This document shows, in pieces, positions 43,062 through 43,273 of a stretch of 43,273 nucleotides of DNA. The notes beneath the pieces were generated by a model. The model was given only the letters and a program-made list of their open reading frames with translations. It had not been told where the DNA came from and ran no database searches. The stretch is taken from assembly GCA_024403635.1 (NCBI GenBank), contig JAKSRL010000001.1:1-43273 (forward strand). Reading direction: 5' to 3'. The stretch's first letter is position 1; every line of letters starts with the position of its first letter. The stretch is from Lachnospiraceae bacterium. Lineage in GTDB: Bacteria > Bacillota > Clostridia > Lachnospirales > Lachnospiraceae. The translations under genes and the position numbers were made by a program.

Positions 43062-43273
43062 ATGGAGAATGTCACAACATATATTAAATCCAGAAGAAGT
43101 GTCCGCACCTATGACGGACGGCCTCTGGAGGACCGCGTAAAGGAACAGCTGATTTCCTTTGCAAACAGTATTCAGAATCCTTTTGATCTTCCGGTGGAGT
43201 TCCGGCTTCTTGATGCCGGAAAGGCTGGACTTAGCTGCCCGGTTGTAAGCGGAACCGAGTTGTTTGTTGGCGG
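43062..43273 (+). CDS. nitroreductase-family protein (5' part; runs off the window)
   Basis: MENVTTYIKSRRSVRTYDGRPL is the typical nitroreductase N-terminus. AGGAG RBS. Open to the window end. Confidence 0.7.
   Translation, partial: MENVTTYIKSRRSVRTYDGRPLEDRVKEQLISFANSIQNPFDLPVEFRLLDAGKAGLSCPVVSGTELFVG

Overview
This 43.3-kb window looks like a Clostridia-type (Firmicutes) chromosome: GGAGG ribosome-binding sites, sortase-anchored surface proteins and anaerobe redox genes. By eye the backbone is about half G+C, and several clearly AT-rich accessory blocks interrupt it. From left to right the content is as follows. (1) 0.3-4.4 kb: a synthase-type exopolysaccharide locus (UDP-GlcNAc 2-epimerase, membrane protein, processive GT2, beta-helix membrane protein). 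It appears to be decaying, with an in-frame TAA in the GT2 and substitutions in the epimerase HRREN motif. (2) 4.4-19.7 kb: housekeeping and accessory genes. These include a fructokinase, an HxxxDG acyltransferase-like protein, CorA, a 979-aa thioester-domain/CnaB adhesin, a YfcC transporter with an M20 peptidase, a low-GC AlbA_2/Schlafen-type gene, and two hyperacidic paralogues. (3) 19.8-32.7 kb: a defence hotspot with no integrase or transposase. It holds XRE-HNH-Vsr-Dcm-HpaII-like REase, a GmrSD type IV enzyme, and a second Dcm translationally coupled to a GHKL ATPase with a TIR-like C-terminus. This last pair is my best candidate for an undescribed system. The hotspot also holds an ABC-ATPase + RloB/TOPRIM pair (AbiL/PARIS-like) and a membrane-anchored NERD protein. 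These cassettes are interleaved with an intact plus a decayed copy of each of two backbone genes (NUDIX, C_GCAxxG_C_C), which mark the recombination junctions. (4) 33-35 kb: a membrane protein and a second sortase-anchored surface protein. (5) 35.2-43.3 kb: a co-oriented operon. It encodes a Tat-less molybdopterin oxidoreductase, an FeS subunit, a TorD chaperone, IorAB, a small ubiquitin-like protein, an FrhB-like flavo-FeS protein and a nitroreductase. I found no rRNA, tRNA or CRISPR array. Coordinates of non-ORF features were hand-counted and may be off by 1-2 nt.
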